A stretch of 9,583 bases of DNA from a virus. Lineage: Duplodnaviria > Heunggongvirae > Uroviricota > Caudoviricetes. The notes under the pieces were generated by a model. It ran no database searches. It was not told the origin of the DNA and was given only the letters and a program-made list of their open reading frames with translations. Position numbers and translations under genes: made by a program. Where the stretch lies: the IMG/VR virus record IMGVR_UViG_2617271049_000002; one strand, given 5' to 3'. Shown in pieces: positions 7,386 to 9,583 of this stretch. Within the stretch, counting starts at the first letter, position 1, and every line of letters starts with the position of its first letter.

Positions 7386-7414
7386 ATAGTATTAATCTTA
7401 TTCACATTTATCAA
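7386..7414 (-). promoter_or_regulatory. Putative sigma70 promoter of the island operon (TTGATA-N17-TACTAT)
   Basis: Minus strand reads TTGATA (7414..7409), a 17-nt spacer, then TACTAT (7391..7386), about 36 nt upstream of the gene A ATG. A perfect TATAAT also occurs at 7378..7373 but has no good -35. AT-rich DNA produces such matches by chance. Confidence 0.45.
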
Positions 7415-7457
7415 CATTAGGAGTAAGCAAGACGAATTAGTAGTGAGTCATCAATCG

Positions 7458-7492
7458 ACTTCCGCTCCTGGCACAGAGCGGACTGTCAGATT
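7458..7492. repeat. Right arm of the 35-bp imperfect inverted repeat flanking the AT-rich island
   Basis: acttccgctcct-ggcacagagcg-gactgtcagatt is the reverse complement (31/35) of 5185..5219. It overlaps a local hairpin with a perfect 9-bp stem, ggcacagag (7470..7478) pairing with ctctgtgcc (7501..7509). Confidence 0.75.
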
Positions 7493-7532
7493 AGGCTTTA
7501 CTCTGTGCCATAGATATGTAAGCTAATACAAC

Positions 7533-8060
7533 TTATTGCGGCATTTCCGGCCATTCAGGATTTGCAGGATCCACACGACTGACCAGAACGCTGTAGCGTT
7601 CCCATGATTCCAGTCGGCTACGCTCCTCATCTGTTGCCATGTTCAGTCTGACCGCGCGCTCCAGCGGCAAAATCACGGATTCAGCATCTGCAAGAAGTCT
7701 GGCTTTCTGAATTTCTGCCTGCTGCTGTAATTCCTCTGCCGTATAAATGCGTTTAATCACTTTGCCGTCCTTAAACATCCAGTTCCCTGAAATGTCCGCC
7801 CGTCGGTTAGCAGTAATATCCGCCACTTCAACAACACTTAATCCATCCGGTCTGATAGCTGTCACATCCTTTTCCACATAGTGGATGATATTATCTTTGT
7901 CGTACGCTATTTTTATCGTGTCATCAGCAAAATACTTTTGTTCTTCGTACCAGTTCTTACCATCTTCTGAAAAAAACCAGACAACATCAAAGTCCTTTGT
8001 CAATTGATATTGTTCAACCGTTTTTGGATTACCCGCCGTAATATTTTTTAAATGCTGCAT
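7533..8060 (-). CDS. G: Tail fibre assembly protein / chaperone gpG (Tfa family), 175 aa
   Basis: 175-aa ORF 3 nt downstream of the tail fibre gene, with the same size and position as P2 G. The C-terminal …[27 protein letters not shown] is typical of Tfa-family chaperones. Confidence 0.88.
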   Translation of the reverse strand: MQHLKNITAGNPKTVEQYQLTKDFDVVWFFSEDGKNWYEEQKYFADDTIKIAYDKDNIIHYVEKDVTAIRPDGLSVVEVADITANRRADISGNWMFKDGKVIKRIYTAEELQQQAEIQKARLLADAESVILPLERAVRLNMATDEERSRLESWERYSVLVSRVDPANPEWPEMPQ

Positions 8061-8063
8061 AAA

Positions 8064-9583
8064 TTATACCTGCGCCACGTTATACCATGTCCCGTTAATG
8101 TATTTCTGCACCGGTCTGTAATATACGCCACCAATGTTATCGGCAGAGTTTGAGCCGGTATCCTGAACAATAATGCCGGTATATACGCAACCTGACGGAG
8201 CCTGATGCGTCCATGTAGTACCATTATTTGCTGGTTTATATGTAGATGCACCGCCCAGCCGCATGTCTCTCACATAACGTGAATCTGATTCAGCTTTGGT
8301 GTATGCACCAACATCTCCCGCTGAGGGTTTATGAGCAGTTGTATATAGTTGCGCCCATCCAGACCAGTTAGCATCTGTGGTATCTCGTCGGGAGCGAATA
8401 TATGCCGGAGCATGAGCACCGCTGGTTCCACTCCAGCCAATAAGTAACTCACCCTCTCCTACTGCGGTTACGCCAGTGAGATGAAGCACATTACCATAGG
8501 CTGTTGGGTAGCCATTGTTGTATGCCTCATACATCTGAATACCTGGTGTCCCCTTTACGCTCCCACCTAATGCAGTAACACGGTTTCTGGATACCAGTGT
8601 ATTAATATTTATATCAGCAGAGCCATCAAATCTGACACCATTAATATTTCTTGCGTTCGCTAACTTCGTTGCTGTTGCAGCATTTCCCGAAAGGCTGGAA
8701 ATAAATGGATGTGAGCAGTAATAACCGCGCCCATTTTTAAAATCCAGAATAGCCTGTGCGTTCGTGCTTTCTGTAGCAGGATTAGTTGCCCCCCACTTAT
8801 ATGTCGTTTGACCGACGACATAATCCTCTGTCGGAACAATAACCGTTAGCCCTTCCTCTGCAAGAATTTGCACAGGGAAAGCTCTGGCTTCAACATAAAA
8901 AACACTACATACATCATCATCTTTCAGGCTTGTAACAATGGAATGGATTGAACGCTCATTAGTCTGATACGTCCAGAAATAACCTGCCGCATATGAACCA
9001 CGATCAGTCCAGCCTCCGGGCATAACCATGCCATTAAACTCGCAGTTATTCATTACATAATCGCTGTTATAACAACCAGTGGAAATAACGACGCGGGATG
9101 CCATTTCTCCTGAAAGGCTGGCAGCACGGCGAAAGATAACGGGATACCACTTCCCGGCAACGACATTTGCAGGGGCTGCAAACGAATACTTTCGCATTCC
9201 CTTTTTCTTATCCACTTCACCTTTGCTGTAAACATTAATGTTACTCAGGAAGCGTCCTTTATCAGGAATATCCGCACCGTTCTGATCTTTCTGAAGACGT
9301 TTTTCAGCATTGTCATAGGCAGACTTCACCGCTTTTGGTGTTGCGGCCTGCGTTTCAGAATCACTGTTGGTGGCGCTACTGAGCTGGACAAGGCCTTTCC
9401 GCGCGGTGGTGGCATCCTGTGCAGTGTATTTCCCGTTAGCAAGGTCATACGCTGTCTTAACCGCCTTTGGCGTTGCCGCAAGCGTTTCAGAATCGCTGTT
9501 GGTGACGCTACTGAGCTGGACAAGACCTTTTCGCGCTGTGGTGGCATCCTGTGCAGTGTATTTCCCGTTAGCAAGGTCATACG
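8064..9583 (-). CDS. H: Tail fibre protein gpH, C-terminal ~506 codons (5' end lies beyond the window)
   Basis: The track starts this ORF at a GTG (9329), but the same frame stays open up to the window edge. My translation of 9581..9330 is YDLANGKYTAQDATTARKGLVQLSSVTNSDSETLAATPKAVKTA repeated twice and running into …VKSAYDNAEKRLQKD. This is the conserved tail-fibre repeat motif shared by P2 H and related fibres. The gene is followed by the chaperone gene G. Confidence 0.9.
   Translation of the reverse strand, partial: YDLANGKYTAQDATTARKGLVQLSSVTNSDSETLAATPKAVKTAYDLANGKYTAQDATTARKGLVQLSSATNSDSETQAATPKAVKSAYDNAEKRLQKDQNGADIPDKGRFLSNINVYSKGEVDKKKGMRKYSFAAPANVVAGKWYPVIFRRAASLSGEMASRVVISTGCYNSDYVMNNCEFNGMVMPGGWTDRGSYAAGYFWTYQTNERSIHSIVTSLKDDDVCSVFYVEARAFPVQILAEEGLTVIVPTEDYVVGQTTYKWGATNPATESTNAQAILDFKNGRGYYCSHPFISSLSGNAATATKLANARNINGVRFDGSADININTLVSRNRVTALGGSVKGTPGIQMYEAYNNGYPTAYGNVLHLTGVTAVGEGELLIGWSGTSGAHAPAYIRSRRDTTDANWSGWAQLYTTAHKPSAGDVGAYTKAESDSRYVRDMRLGGASTYKPANNGTTWTHQAPSGCVYTGIIVQDTGSNSADNIGGVYYRPVQKYINGTWYNVAQV
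9318..9583 (-). repeat. Two tandem 132-nt (44-aa) near-identical repeats inside H encoding the conserved KGLVQLSS-TNSDSET-AATPKAVK-AYD fibre motif
   Basis: Copy 1 is 9581..9450 and copy 2 is 9449..9318, both beginning TATGACCTTGCTAACGGGAAATACACTGCACAGGATGCC. I saw only a handful of substitutions. A degenerate third unit starts at 9317 (YDNAEKRL…). Confidence 0.9.

Noticed and set aside
5252-7457. 8-nt direct repeat atcaatcg (5252..5259 and 7450..7457) just inside the inverted repeats, considered as a target-site duplication of the island
   Set aside because: An 8-mer match between two ~200-nt intergenic regions is roughly as likely as not by chance. The spacing relative to the inverted-repeat arms is asymmetric, and no transposase or integrase is present.
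7470-7509. Hairpin with a perfect 9-bp stem (ggcacagag/ctctgtgcc) and 22-nt loop downstream of G, considered as the H-G operon terminator
   Set aside because: No U-tract follows the stem on the minus strand (it is followed by aggagcggaagtcg) and the loop is large. The structure is real in the sequence, but terminator function is unsupported. It is reported only as part of the inverted-repeat finding.
8048-9580. Minus-strand ORFs at 8048..8251, 8270..8452, 9053..9235 and 9326..9580 (the last an 84-aa protein with an internal repeat)
   Set aside because: All are out-of-frame readings of H or of the G/H junction. The 84-aa ORF is simply the 132-nt tandem repeat of H read in the wrong frame. The H frame is open to the window edge and encodes the conserved fibre motif.
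1-9583. Search for CRISPR arrays, tRNA or rRNA genes, IS elements, integrase, and an invertible fibre segment (Mu G / P1 C type)
   Set aside because: I saw no regularly spaced short repeats, no tRNA-like cloverleaf candidates in the short intergenic regions, no transposase- or recombinase-like ORFs, and no second inverted fibre/chaperone gene pair.

Overview
This window is the tail-gene block of a P2-like (Peduovirus-type) enterobacterial prophage, and every real gene is on the minus strand. In transcription order (high to low coordinates) it holds: the 3' part of tail fibre gene H (runs off the window at 9583), tail-fibre assembly gene G, a ~2.3 kb AT-rich two-gene insert, then FI (sheath), FII (tube), E and E+E' (-1 frameshift chaperone pair), T (tape measure) and U. 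The first 5 nt may be the start of D. The structural proteins are recognisable by sequence, size and the canonical P2 order H-G-[variable locus]-FI-FII-E/E'-T-U-D. The main item is the insert at about 5185..7492. It carries two overlapping, apparently translationally coupled ORFs (308 aa and 385 aa) of roughly 30-35% G+C, against roughly 55-63% in the backbone (counted by eye on a few lines). It sits where P2 carries the non-essential Z/fun locus, a known hotspot for anti-phage cargo. It appears to have its own sigma70-like promoter and a rho-independent terminator, and it is bracketed by a 35-bp imperfect inverted repeat. The first protein has an N-terminal arrangement that looks like a PD-(D/E)xK (Mrr/DUF4365-like) nuclease core. 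The second has no motif I can recognise. I interpret the pair as a candidate prophage-encoded defence or exclusion system that I cannot assign to a named family; this is inference, not shown. Two 10-N runs lie inside T and preserve its reading frame. No tRNA, rRNA, CRISPR array, transposase or integrase was seen.
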